DNA of 64,000 nt from an uncultured Candidatus Saccharibacteria bacterium (lineage in GTDB: Bacteria; Patescibacteriota; Saccharimonadia; Saccharimonadales; AWTP1-31): the NCBI GenBank assembly GCA_964634445.1, contig CAZWJA010000004.1, forward strand, positions 13,258 through 77,257. Reading direction: 5' to 3'. Every line of letters begins with the position of its first letter. The first letter of the stretch is position 1. Under the pieces are notes generated by a model. The model saw nothing but the letters and a program-made list of their open reading frames with translations. It was not told the origin of the DNA and searched no databases. Positions 38,447 to 46,764 of the stretch are shown here, one piece after another. The position numbers and the translations under genes were made by a program.

Positions 38447-38534
38447 TTAGATAACTAACTGAAAAAGGGAAAATCTATTGTTATTGTTTGTTTTAGCTAA
38501 TAGATAGCTATTAGCAATAATAAAGGAGGGTTAT

Positions 38535-38690
38535 ATGGGTAAAATGCTGGATGATATGAAGGACAAAGCCAAAGACAAGATGAATCAAGTCGAAAACAAG
38601 GCCCATGAGATGAAGGGTAAGACTGAACAGAAACATAAAGATACGCAGGAGCAGAATAATGACCAAGATACGTATTACGACCAGTTGTAA
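38535..38690 (+). CDS. 51-aa Lys/Asp-rich hydrophilic small protein (CsbD/hydrophilin-like)
   Basis: AAAGGAGGG lies 5 nt before the ATG. Encodes MGKMLDDMKDKAKDKMNQVENKAHEMKGKTEQKHKDTQEQNNDQDTYYDQL and is followed by a strong terminator. The track shows only an antisense ORF here. Confidence 0.65.
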   Translation: MGKMLDDMKDKAKDKMNQVENKAHEMKGKTEQKHKDTQEQNNDQDTYYDQL

Positions 38691-38720
38691 TTACAATTGA
38701 AAGTTTCATGTGTAGTCATT

Positions 38721-38742
38721 AGCCCGAGAAATCGGGCTTTTG
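38721..38742 (+). terminator. rho-independent terminator
   Basis: AGCCCGA-GAAA-TCGGGCT followed by TTTTGG, 30 nt after the small-gene stop. Confidence 0.75.
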
Positions 38743-38800
38743 GCTTAATTAAGACTAGTTTGGGTTACAATATATTAGATAAGAAAAGTTTAGGAGCTTA

Positions 38801-38923
38801 ATGTTATTCTTTGCCCATCACAATATTATCCACAGCTTACAGTCATCTGCTGTCTATATTGTCGGAACTGCCCTAGTAGTTTCAACAGTTATAGCCGCCT
38901 TAATTAAAAGGTATAGCAAATAA
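38801..38923 (+). CDS. 40-aa single-TM micro-protein immediately upstream of, and in frame with, sodC
   Basis: TAGGAG lies 4 nt before the ATG. Encodes MLFFAHHNIIHSLQSSAVYIVGTALVVSTVIAALIKRYSK. Its TAA (38921-38923) abuts the sodC ATG. Confidence 0.5.
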   Translation: MLFFAHHNIIHSLQSSAVYIVGTALVVSTVIAALIKRYSK

Positions 38924-39457
38924 ATGACAATTGATTTAACTGCCGATAACAAGAAAGTTACATCTACCGCAGTTGCAGAGATGAAAGGACCATCATTAAA
39001 TTCCGGTAAAGCTGTTTTTACAGAATACGATGTCGACGGCTGGAAATACGTTCATATCAAGCTTGAAATTTCCGGCGATCCAAAAGTCTTTACTGCCGGC
39101 AAGCACGCCGTACATATTCATGAAAAAGCAGCTTGTGACTGCGACGGTTTTAAATGTGCAGGCGGGCATTTTGATCCAGGTCCAAACGGCAATACAGACC
39201 CTGACGCCAACCATGGCTACCATGCCGGCGACTTGCCAAGCATTACGGTCGACAATGATGGTAATGGCGTATTGGAAACCCTTACGACAAGAGTCACTTT
39301 ATCTGACGGACCAGTTTCTATATTAAGCAAGGTATCAGCGCCCGACGGTACTTCTTTAATGATACATGCCAATATTGATCCGTATAGCCCTGGCGAATCA
39401 GGTTCGGGCCACAGCGGCGGACCGAGACTTGCCTGCGGTACGATCGAAAAAAGCTGA
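38924..39457 (+). CDS. sodC: Cu/Zn superoxide dismutase
   Basis: HAVHIHE, GGHFDPG, HAGDLP and GGPRLACG motifs. The ORF as called has no N-terminal signal peptide. Confidence 0.9.
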   Translation: MTIDLTADNKKVTSTAVAEMKGPSLNSGKAVFTEYDVDGWKYVHIKLEISGDPKVFTAGKHAVHIHEKAACDCDGFKCAGGHFDPGPNGNTDPDANHGYHAGDLPSITVDNDGNGVLETLTTRVTLSDGPVSILSKVSAPDGTSLMIHANIDPYSPGESGSGHSGGPRLACGTIEKS

Positions 39458-39508
39458 AAGTTCTTTTAGCTTAAGAATTAAAGCCCATCTGCTACAATAT
39501 TTTTAAGC

Positions 39509-40381
39509 ATGGAAACAGAAACAGCTATTAACTTTGACGGGGTTACTAAGAAGTATTCTAATGGAAAAGGTATATTTAATGTCAGCTTCAGCGTCAATAA
39601 AGGCGAAATATTCGGTTTTCTAGGACCTAACGGTGCCGGAAAGACTACAGCTATCAGAACTATCATGGACTTTATGCGTCCGGATAAAGGCTCAATTAGT
39701 ATTTTAGGACTTGATTCGACTAAAGATTCAGTCAAGGCCAAACAACTGATCGGCTATGTTCCATCGGACCGGCAGATGTACCAGAAACTTTCCGGCCGAG
39801 AGCATCTCAATTTCTATACTGCCAATCGTGAGAATAATAGCAGCAAGTACGCCAAAATTTTAAAATTAGATCTAAATACGCCGGTGAAGCACTTATCTTC
39901 CGGCAACAAGCAGAAGCTGGCAGTTTTACTGGCATTAGTCGGTAATCCCAAGCTTTTAGTCATGGATGAACCGACTGCCGGACTGGATCCATTCCTACAG
40001 CAAACAATCTATGATCTGCTAAGACATTACAAAAATAATGGTGGAACAGTATTTTTAAGTTCTCATAACCTGCCTGAAGTTGAAAAGATTTGTGACCGAG
40101 TTGGAGTTATCAAAGAAGGTCGAATAGTAGCTGATAAAACCATGGCCGATATTAGGAGCATGAGCATTCATATTGTCAGCGTCATTACCGACCAACCACT
40201 TAATTTAAAAACTATTGCCAGTAAAGATGTCGAAATTGTGTCTCAGAACGATAATCACGCCGTTTTGAAAGTTAAAGGCAGTTTAAATAAGCTTTTACAT
40301 TTACTGGCTAAACAGAATGTCCATGACCTAGAAATTAATCATGCCAACCTGGAAGATATATTTTTGGAGTATTACACATGA
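39509..40381 (+). CDS. ABC transporter ATP-binding protein (ABC-2 type exporter)
   Basis: Walker A GPNGAGKTT, signature LSSGNKQK, Walker B LLVMDEPTAGLD. Confidence 0.88.
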   Translation: METETAINFDGVTKKYSNGKGIFNVSFSVNKGEIFGFLGPNGAGKTTAIRTIMDFMRPDKGSISILGLDSTKDSVKAKQLIGYVPSDRQMYQKLSGREHLNFYTANRENNSSKYAKILKLDLNTPVKHLSSGNKQKLAVLLALVGNPKLLVMDEPTAGLDPFLQQTIYDLLRHYKNNGGTVFLSSHNLPEVEKICDRVGVIKEGRIVADKTMADIRSMSIHIVSVITDQPLNLKTIASKDVEIVSQNDNHAVLKVKGSLNKLLHLLAKQNVHDLEINHANLEDIFLEYYT

Positions 40382-41184
40382 TATTCGATATTATCAAAAA
40401 AGATATCAAGGAAAAGAAACTGTCTCTAATAATATACTGTCTGACAGGTATTTTTCTAGTCTGGCTTTACATTTCGATTTATCCATCGATGGCTAAACAA
40501 GCGGCTGATTTTGAAAAGCTAATTGCTGCTTTTCCTAAAGACTTCTTAAAAGCATTTGGCTTCCAAGGTTCATATCTAGAAAATGCCGAGAGCTTGCTGT
40601 CGACAGAATTATTCGGCTTGATCTGGCCGATAATGACCGTCATTTTACTGTTATCACGCGTAGCAGGAGGAATAGCCGGAGAAATTGAAAGTGGCACAAT
40701 CGGTACTTTATTATCCCAGCCAATTTCTAGAACTAAGATTTTCTTGGCTAAATATTTGTCTGCCGTAACTACATTAGTTGTTTTCGTTTCCACGACAGTA
40801 CTTATTAACATTCCGCTACTAGCTGCATATAAGTTGGAATTTTCAGTTAAATACGAATTATTGTTCGCTTTAGTTTGCTTGCTATTTGGTTTAGCTATCA
40901 TTGGAGCGGGGATTGCAGTTTCGGCCATGTCCAATGAAAAAAGCAAAGTCTATGGAATTGTCGGTGGATTAATTGTTTTAATGTTTATTGTTAACATAAT
41001 ATCAGGCTTAAAATCAGATTTTGATTTCTTAAAATACACATCGATATTTTACTACTTCAGTAGCTATCATATTATTGTCAGGCATGAAATAAATATGGTA
41101 GCTGTTGCAATATTCTCAAGTATAGCTTTTGCTGGAATGTTATTTGGATTAACAATGTTTAATAAACGAGATATCCAAGCTTGA
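40378..41184 (+). CDS. ABC-2 family transporter permease
   Basis: 268 aa with about six TM helices. 4-nt overlap with the ATPase gene. Confidence 0.75.
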   Translation: MIFDIIKKDIKEKKLSLIIYCLTGIFLVWLYISIYPSMAKQAADFEKLIAAFPKDFLKAFGFQGSYLENAESLLSTELFGLIWPIMTVILLLSRVAGGIAGEIESGTIGTLLSQPISRTKIFLAKYLSAVTTLVVFVSTTVLINIPLLAAYKLEFSVKYELLFALVCLLFGLAIIGAGIAVSAMSNEKSKVYGIVGGLIVLMFIVNIISGLKSDFDFLKYTSIFYYFSSYHIIVRHEINMVAVAIFSSIAFAGMLFGLTMFNKRDIQA

Positions 41185-42104
41185 AAAAACTAACCGAACT
41201 CAGCTTATCTGCAAAACTTTCCAGGGCTGTCGGCTTAATCGCAACTATTATTATTTTATTTGTCTATATTAAAGCGCCAAGCTGGCCAACACCTGACAAA
41301 CTGCTGGTCCTATTCACAGCAGTTGCTATGATATTCGGCCAAGCCAAGCAGCTGTTAAAGCGATTTTTACCATTTGTTATCTTAATACTAGTATACGAAT
41401 CGTTTCGAGGCTTGGTACCTGGATTAAACGGCCGGGTTAATTACCTCTGGATGCCGGCGGCTGACAAGTTTATTTTCGGCACTCTTCCAACTGCGTGGTT
41501 ACAGAAGTACCTTTGGAACGGACATACCCAGTGGTACGACTTTGTTATGTACTTTTTCTATACCATGCATTTTATTCTACCTCTCGGGTTAGGACTGGTA
41601 GTTTGGAAGAAAAGAGATCATTTCTACTGGCAGTATATGTTCACCTACGTAGCATTGTCTTTTTCAGGTTTCCTGACATATCTAGCATTTCCAGCAGCAC
41701 CGCCATGGATGGCGAGTGACAAAGGATTAATTGAGCCGATTACCCGTGTATCCAGCTATGTATGGCATGCCGTTGGTATTCATGACTTCCCGTCGGTCTA
41801 CAATAAGATATCTCCTAATCCAGTTGCTGCTGTGCCGTCTCTGCATGCCGCATATGCAACTCTATTTGTAATTATTACTTACCGCTTGTTCGGTAAGAAA
41901 TGGGCCTTAGCGGCAACTATTTACCCGCTAATGATTTATATCGGGACTATTTACCAAGGAGAGCACTATGCAATCGATGCAATCCTTGGCATTATCTACG
42001 CATTTGCCGCTTACTACTTAGTAGACTACATTTTCAAGCGGTTTGTTCACAAGAAAGCTAGAGTTAAAAAAGATACAGCTGAACCAAAAAAGTTAAATAA
42101 CTAG
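41181..42104 (+). CDS. PAP2-superfamily membrane protein (PAP2_3 / Aur1-like)
   Basis: 307 aa, polytopic, TTG start. Motifs PSLHAAYA and GEHYAIDA resemble the PAP2 C2/C3 motifs. Confidence 0.6.
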   Translation: MKKLTELSLSAKLSRAVGLIATIIILFVYIKAPSWPTPDKLLVLFTAVAMIFGQAKQLLKRFLPFVILILVYESFRGLVPGLNGRVNYLWMPAADKFIFGTLPTAWLQKYLWNGHTQWYDFVMYFFYTMHFILPLGLGLVVWKKRDHFYWQYMFTYVALSFSGFLTYLAFPAAPPWMASDKGLIEPITRVSSYVWHAVGIHDFPSVYNKISPNPVAAVPSLHAAYATLFVIITYRLFGKKWALAATIYPLMIYIGTIYQGEHYAIDAILGIIYAFAAYYLVDYIFKRFVHKKARVKKDTAEPKKLNN

Positions 42105-42751
42105 TCGGCAGTTTTGCTGTTTTGCTTTCGCCAGGCTTCGATCTCAGCATGATTGCCATTAAGCAGGACTTTCGGGACTGACATTCCTCGGTATTCTTCC
42201 GGTCGTGTGTACTGCGGAAATTCTAAGGTTTTTCCATCGCTAAACGATTCAATCTCAGTACTTTTTTCACCACCTAACACTCCAGGAATAAGTCTGACGA
42301 CACTATCAATAATAGTCATAGCTGGGATTTCACCGCCAGTTAGAATATAGTCTCCAACAGAAATCTGCATATCTACGACAGAAGTAATCCGCTCATCATA
42401 GCCTTCATACCGTCCGCAGATGATAATTAACCCCTTGTTTTCATCTGCTAACTTCTGGGCTGTTGCCTGAAGCCAACGTTCACCACGGGCAGTCATTAAA
42501 ATAACTTCAGCTCCTGGATCAATAGATTTTGCTACATCAACTGCTTCAAAAAGCGGCTCAGGTTTTAGCAGCATGCCGTCGCCACCGCCGTATGGAGTAT
42601 CATCTACCGTTTGCCTAGGACCAATACCATAATCACGCAGGTTAATATAACTGATTTCAACTATGTCACGATCCTGGGCTTTCCAAAGCATACTGGCGTT
42701 CATTACACCCGGAAACATGTCCGGAAATAGGGTGATGATTTGTATTTTCAT
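42101..42751 (-). CDS. trmD: tRNA (guanine37-N1)-methyltransferase
   Basis: MKIQIITLFPDMF..., GGGDGMLLKPEP and CGRYEGYDERI are TrmD motifs. Confidence 0.92.
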   Translation of the reverse strand: MKIQIITLFPDMFPGVMNASMLWKAQDRDIVEISYINLRDYGIGPRQTVDDTPYGGGDGMLLKPEPLFEAVDVAKSIDPGAEVILMTARGERWLQATAQKLADENKGLIIICGRYEGYDERITSVVDMQISVGDYILTGGEIPAMTIIDSVVRLIPGVLGGEKSTEIESFSDGKTLEFPQYTRPEEYRGMSVPKVLLNGNHAEIEAWRKQNSKTAD

Positions 42752-42967
42752 TAGCTTTATTATACCACTATATTAAATAACTCTCTAAACCAAGAACACC
42801 CCGATTTCTCAGGGTGGTCTTGTCACATAAAGCTCCCATTCTCTCGCGTGAATGGCTCGCATGAGCTTTTCAAAAATATATCTTTGTTTTTGAAAGAACT
42901 GGTCTATTTAGACTCATGTCTATACTAACTAATTGTTACTGTAAGCACAAGCAGAAAATTATCTTGA

Positions 42968-43477
42968 CTAAATATCTAAATCGTCAAGATCTTCAAGTTC
43001 TTGTCGGTGCTTTTTAGCTATATCGCTTGGTTCATCCATTTCCGGTTCGCCTGATTCGACAACATCATCGCTTGGCGCTACGGACGGTTGAGTTGCAGGT
43101 ACTTCAGTGGATTCAGTGTCATCTTCGCTGTCATCGTCTTTTGCAACAGGTGCTGGAGAGCTCGAAGAACTGTCATTTCGATCTTCTTGGTTGTCTCTTT
43201 CTGGACGAGCTGGTCGTTCGTAGTCCTGTGGTCCGTTATCGACAATTTTCAGGTTATAACGGGCGTCATTCTTGGTTCCTAGTGCTCGCAGAAGAGTTCT
43301 TAGACTTTGGGCGGTAGCACCGCGTTTACCGATAATGCGCCCTAGATCTTCCGGATCAACAGTTAGTTCTAATAAAACTCCTTTTTCATCTACTCTACGG
43401 TCAATCACGACTGCATCCGGATTGCCGACTAAAGATTTAACTATAAATTCTACGAACTGCTGGTCAATACTACTCAT
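42968..43477 (-). CDS. KH-domain RNA-binding protein (YlqC-like) with long acidic C-terminal tail
   Basis: The N-terminal ~80 aa match KH/UPF0109 (GRIIGKRGATAQSLRTLL). The remaining ~90 aa are D/E/S-rich. Confidence 0.8.
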   Translation of the reverse strand: MSSIDQQFVEFIVKSLVGNPDAVVIDRRVDEKGVLLELTVDPEDLGRIIGKRGATAQSLRTLLRALGTKNDARYNLKIVDNGPQDYERPARPERDNQEDRNDSSSSSPAPVAKDDDSEDDTESTEVPATQPSVAPSDDVVESGEPEMDEPSDIAKKHRQELEDLDDLDI

Positions 43478-43569
43478 ATGTCTGTCTCCCTGTTTAGTTA
43501 CCTATCCATTATAACAAAAAGACCAAGTTATTTTCTTGGCCATAAAAGATTAACTTAAATCAAGTTTAA

Positions 43570-44064
43570 TTATTTTTCGGTAGGAGTTTCTTCGGCTTCT
43601 TTTGATGCTTCAGGTTCTGTTGCTTCTTCGGCAGCAGTATCGGTAGATTCTTCTTTTGCTTCATCTACGGCTTCTACAGTCGTTTTTTCGGGGGTTTCGG
43701 TTGAAACATCAGTTACTTCCACAGCCGGTTTTTCTTCTACTTTTTCTTCCTTAGGCTGATCTTTGCGTAGTTTTTCAGGATTACGAGTCTTCTTTTTTAT
43801 ATCATCTGAAATAACTACCCAGTCAGGTAGTTTTACGCCTTCTTTTTTAAGAAGTCTGGCGACTCGCTCTGACGGCTGAGCGCCATTCTTTAGAAACAGG
43901 CTAGCTTTGTCCTTGTCTACTGTGACGGCTTTAGTGTGTGGGTCATAGTGACCAAGGTTAGCAACTACTTTGCCGCTGGTTGGGGTGTAACGTGAATCTT
44001 GTACGATTACACGGAACATTGCATGTCCGCGGCGTCCAGTTCTTTGCATTCGAATAGCTAGCAT
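43570..44064 (-). CDS. rpsP: 30S ribosomal protein S16 with acidic Glu/Thr/Lys-rich C-terminal extension
   Basis: MLAIRMQRTGRRGHAMFRVIVQDSR... is the S16 core (~85 aa), followed by a ~75-aa low-complexity tail. Confidence 0.9.
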   Translation of the reverse strand: MLAIRMQRTGRRGHAMFRVIVQDSRYTPTSGKVVANLGHYDPHTKAVTVDKDKASLFLKNGAQPSERVARLLKKEGVKLPDWVVISDDIKKKTRNPEKLRKDQPKEEKVEEKPAVEVTDVSTETPEKTTVEAVDEAKEESTDTAAEEATEPEASKEAEETPTEK

Positions 44065-44124
44065 AGGGTTATGAATTTATCCTTTTAATTGATTACTTAA
44101 AGATTTATTAAACAATTCCGCATA

Positions 44125-44153
44125 ATTATAGGGGTAAATCAGATAAAAGTCAA
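44125..44153 (-). promoter_or_regulatory. near-consensus sigma-70 promoter of the rpsP operon
   Basis: Minus strand reads TTGACT (44153-44148), a 17-nt spacer, then TATAAT (44130-44125). The ATG is at 44064 with an AAAGGA SD. Confidence 0.55.
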
Positions 44154-44168
44154 CGGTTCAAGTATTTA

Positions 44169-44891
44169 TTATCTTTTAGAGTATTCAAGTAATGCTGCTT
44201 CGGCTGCTTTTTGTTGGCCAGCCTGTTTGCTAGGTCCTATGCCTTGGCCTTTGAGCTTACCGTTTACAAATACCCCGACAGTAAATATTTTGTCATGGTC
44301 AGGACCTTCTTCGCTCAAAACTTTGTAGACAGGCGTAGATCCTTCATTACTTTGAGCTGCTTCTTGGAAGTGGGATTTTGGATCCATCCATGAGCCGGAT
44401 TTAAGTATGTCTTCAAACGTACAGATTAAACTGTCGTTAATAAACTTAGCTGCTGCATCATAGCCTTGGTCTAGGTATAGGGCGCCGATGACGGCTTCGT
44501 AGCAGTTAGCAAGTATCTGAGCTCTGGCTCTGTCAGTTCCTCTTTTCTCACCCCGGCTAAGCCTTAGTAACGGTTCGAAATTGTGTTTATTAGCTGCCTC
44601 ACTTATGCTTTCAGTTCGCACTAATGCACTCCGCCAGTTAGTTAGTACGCCTTCAGGATCCTTGTAGTTCTTATACAAGTAGCTGGTAACTACAAGTTCC
44701 AGAACTGCATCACCCAAGAATTCAAGCCGTTCATTATGTTCTTTAACTGTTTTACGGTGCTCGTTTACATACGACCGGTGAGTAAATGCTGTGATTAGAA
44801 GTTCGACATCGTTAAATTCAACGTCCAAAACGTCTTTTGCAAATTTTATGTAAGGTTGTATATCCATAGGTATAAAGTAAGTATTATCCAA
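44169..44891 (-). CDS. rnc: ribonuclease III
   Basis: Signature ERLEFLGDAVLE plus a C-terminal dsRBD (GPDHDKIFTV...AAEAAL). An alternative start is the second in-frame ATG at 44867 (MDIQPY). Confidence 0.9.
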   Translation of the reverse strand: MDNTYFIPMDIQPYIKFAKDVLDVEFNDVELLITAFTHRSYVNEHRKTVKEHNERLEFLGDAVLELVVTSYLYKNYKDPEGVLTNWRSALVRTESISEAANKHNFEPLLRLSRGEKRGTDRARAQILANCYEAVIGALYLDQGYDAAAKFINDSLICTFEDILKSGSWMDPKSHFQEAAQSNEGSTPVYKVLSEEGPDHDKIFTVGVFVNGKLKGQGIGPSKQAGQQKAAEAALLEYSKR

Positions 44892-45384
44892 GTTTGCCGG
44901 AACGTATTTTTTTCAATGCCAATAGAATTAGCTTTCCTATATCTTCATAGGCTATTTTATCAAGTGCCTCCTTAGCTGGAAACCACTTTATTCCATTCAT
45001 CCAGTCTTCAGGTGTCAGATCATCAGTATCTCCAAGAGCCTGTACTAAGAATATCTCTGTTGTCATCAGCACTAAGCTGTTAGTTCGGCGATAACGGAAA
45101 TTGATTTTACCCAACCAATTGAGTACCTTCGATTTCTTTAATCCAGTTTCCTCGCCTATTTCCCGCTGAGCAGTTTCTTTGGCACTTTCACCTTCTTCAA
45201 TGTGACCCTTAGGAATAGTCCAGCGGTCTTTGGCGTCTTGAATTAATAAAATTTCGATCTCCCCTTTAGGGCTGCGTCGAAAAACAATACCGCCGGCGGT
45301 AGGCTCGCGTACAACTTCGCTGATAGCAGGCCGACGCTTATTTACAAATTTCTTAAATCCTTCAAAAGGCTGGGGTCTTTTCAT
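44884..45384 (-). CDS. NUDIX hydrolase
   Basis: Nudix box [24 protein letters not shown]. Confidence 0.75.
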   Translation of the reverse strand: MKRPQPFEGFKKFVNKRRPAISEVVREPTAGGIVFRRSPKGEIEILLIQDAKDRWTIPKGHIEEGESAKETAQREIGEETGLKKSKVLNWLGKINFRYRRTNSLVLMTTEIFLVQALGDTDDLTPEDWMNGIKWFPAKEALDKIAYEDIGKLILLALKKIRSGKLG

Positions 45385-45860
45385 TTTTTAACTTCTTTCG
45401 ACTGCTTCAATGTCTTGGGTAGGTCCAGTGTTTTGGCTTCATATTTCTTAAGAATCGTACCTAGAACGCCGTTGATGAACTTGGAGCTGTTCTCGCCACC
45501 GAAAGCTTTAGACAGTTCGACAGCTTCATTGATTACTACCTTAGGCGGTATATCACTATCCATTAGTAGTTCGTACAGGCTCATTCTAAGGACTAACCGG
45601 TCCATTCTGGCAATCTGTGATATTGGCCACTCAGGTGCCACAGGTTGTAAAACCGCATCCAAATCTTTTTCACGATCTGCCACGCCTTTGACTAAAGCCT
45701 TTATGAAACCGATATCATCAACAGTGTCGCTGTAACGTTCAATATTGCGACTTAAAATATCATCCAGGTCCAGATTCTCGTCACCACAGTCATTACGAAA
45801 GTCGTATTCGTATAGTGTCTGCAGTGCCAGTATGCGGCCTAAATGACGGTTTGAAGCCAT
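45381..45860 (-). CDS. nusB: transcription antitermination factor NusB
   Basis: [13 protein letters not shown]... and the all-helical NusB layout. 159 aa. Confidence 0.85.
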   Translation of the reverse strand: MASNRHLGRILALQTLYEYDFRNDCGDENLDLDDILSRNIERYSDTVDDIGFIKALVKGVADREKDLDAVLQPVAPEWPISQIARMDRLVLRMSLYELLMDSDIPPKVVINEAVELSKAFGGENSSKFINGVLGTILKKYEAKTLDLPKTLKQSKEVKK

Positions 45861-45916
45861 ATTTGTTAAATTCCTATCTCTAAATTAGATATTACCATTA
45901 TAACCATAATGGCTGA

Positions 45917-46066
45917 CTATTTGCTTAAGGTTTTTGAACTTTCTCGCCTAGTAGTGAAAACCTTCACTGGCGATTTGCCATTAACAGCACGGGCCAGCTT
46001 TAAAACAAGGTGGCTTCGGCGTGTGCCGGTTCGGCGTGGACTGGTTCGCTTCTTTGGTTTACCCAT
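45917..46066 (-). CDS. rpmF: 50S ribosomal protein L32 (Cys-less form)
   Basis: Missed by the track (49 aa). AAGGAG lies upstream of ATG 46066-46064. Encodes MGKPKKRTSPRRTGTRRSHLVLK..., with the L32 hallmark PKKRTS...RRSH. TAG at 45919-45917. Confidence 0.8.
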   Translation of the reverse strand: MGKPKKRTSPRRTGTRRSHLVLKLARAVNGKSPVKVFTTRRESSKTLSK

Positions 46067-46161
46067 GAAAAAACAGAACTCCTTAACGATTAATTAATAA
46101 CTTAAGAGAAATTATATCTTAAAAATGCTTAAAATACAATAACCGACAAGCTATAATATAA

Positions 46162-46190
46162 TTGACTTTACTTAGCATAAGTGGTACAAT
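46162..46190 (+). promoter_or_regulatory. promoter placed 8 nt before a start codon (leaderless candidate)
   Basis: TTGACT (46162-46167), a 17-nt spacer, then TGgTACAAT (-10 at 46185-46190). The ATG is at 46199 with no SD. Confidence 0.5.
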
Positions 46191-46198
46191 ACTCACTT

Positions 46199-46474
46199 AT
46201 GAGTAATTTTTTAAGACTTGAAAAATTTAAACGGCCGGCTGCTGTTGTGGCACTAACTGCCGCTGCTATTTCACTTTCGTCTTGTATGCTGGACGAACCA
46301 AAAAATACATCTGATAAGATATATGATAAAGCTTATGAAGTATGCTACGAAGGTGCAATTCGAAGCTTAGAAGAACAAGGTTTACTTGATCAAAGACATA
46401 AAATAGAAGTAGAAAATAATTGTGCCGAAATAGCATTTAAAGCAGACCAAGAAGCACATGGTATTGAGCCCTAA
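46199..46474 (+). CDS. small lipoprotein, unknown function
   Basis: MSNFLRLEKFKRPAAVVALTAAAISLSSC has a lipobox LSS|C. The track GTG start at 46181 lies inside the promoter, so ATG 46199 is preferred. Confidence 0.6.
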   Translation: MSNFLRLEKFKRPAAVVALTAAAISLSSCMLDEPKNTSDKIYDKAYEVCYEGAIRSLEEQGLLDQRHKIEVENNCAEIAFKADQEAHGIEP

Positions 46475-46476
46475 TT

Positions 46477-46764
46477 ATGCGAAGAGTGTTTCACAGAATT
46501 ATAACCCAGCAATCCGATATTGAAAGGGTCGGGCCAGTTACATCTCTCTATGACTGTGAGAAAGATGCTGGATATATTGAAGATTTCGGTAATGGCAATA
46601 CAAACGACAAGCCTAGCGTACCTACTTCAAATGAAGTACCAGAATCAGCCTTAATAGAATATGTTCAGCAGCAGCAGAAAATTTCTCCAAAAGCCGGCGA
46701 CGTAGCTATAACCAGTGTTTTGACTTCATTAGATAAAATTCATTCTAGCGAACGACAAAATTAA
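46477..46764 (+). CDS. hypothetical protein
   Basis: 95-aa ORF starting 2 nt after the lipoprotein stop. Its 3' end overlaps the convergent leuS by 20 nt. Confidence 0.4.
   Translation: MRRVFHRIITQQSDIERVGPVTSLYDCEKDAGYIEDFGNGNTNDKPSVPTSNEVPESALIEYVQQQQKISPKAGDVAITSVLTSLDKIHSSERQN

Noticed and set aside
38496-38515. Perfect 8-bp hairpin GCTAATAG-ATAG-CTATTAGC after typA as a terminator
   Set aside because: It is AT-rich and has no downstream T tract. It lies just before the SD of the 51-aa gene, so its function is unclear and it is not called as a feature.
38497-38709. 70-aa minus-strand track ORF
   Set aside because: It is antisense to a 51-codon plus-strand gene that has a strong AAAGGAGGG SD and a canonical terminator. 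The minus-strand ORF has neither.
38921-38926. Programmed TAA read-through as the main explanation for the micro-ORF/sodC junction
   Set aside because: It is not excluded but is downgraded. The identical in-frame TAAATG junction occurs at two other gene pairs (25012-25017, 35756-35761), so ordinary termination-reinitiation coupling is the simpler reading.
42752-42967. rimM pseudogene in the KH-trmD spacer
   Set aside because: The spacer is only 216 nt, and no frame gives more than 17 codons or any RimM-like peptide. I treated it as a structured non-coding spacer instead.
45909-46097. 62-aa plus-strand track ORF
   Set aside because: It is antisense to rpmF (L32), which has an SD and the PKKRTS...RRSH hallmark.
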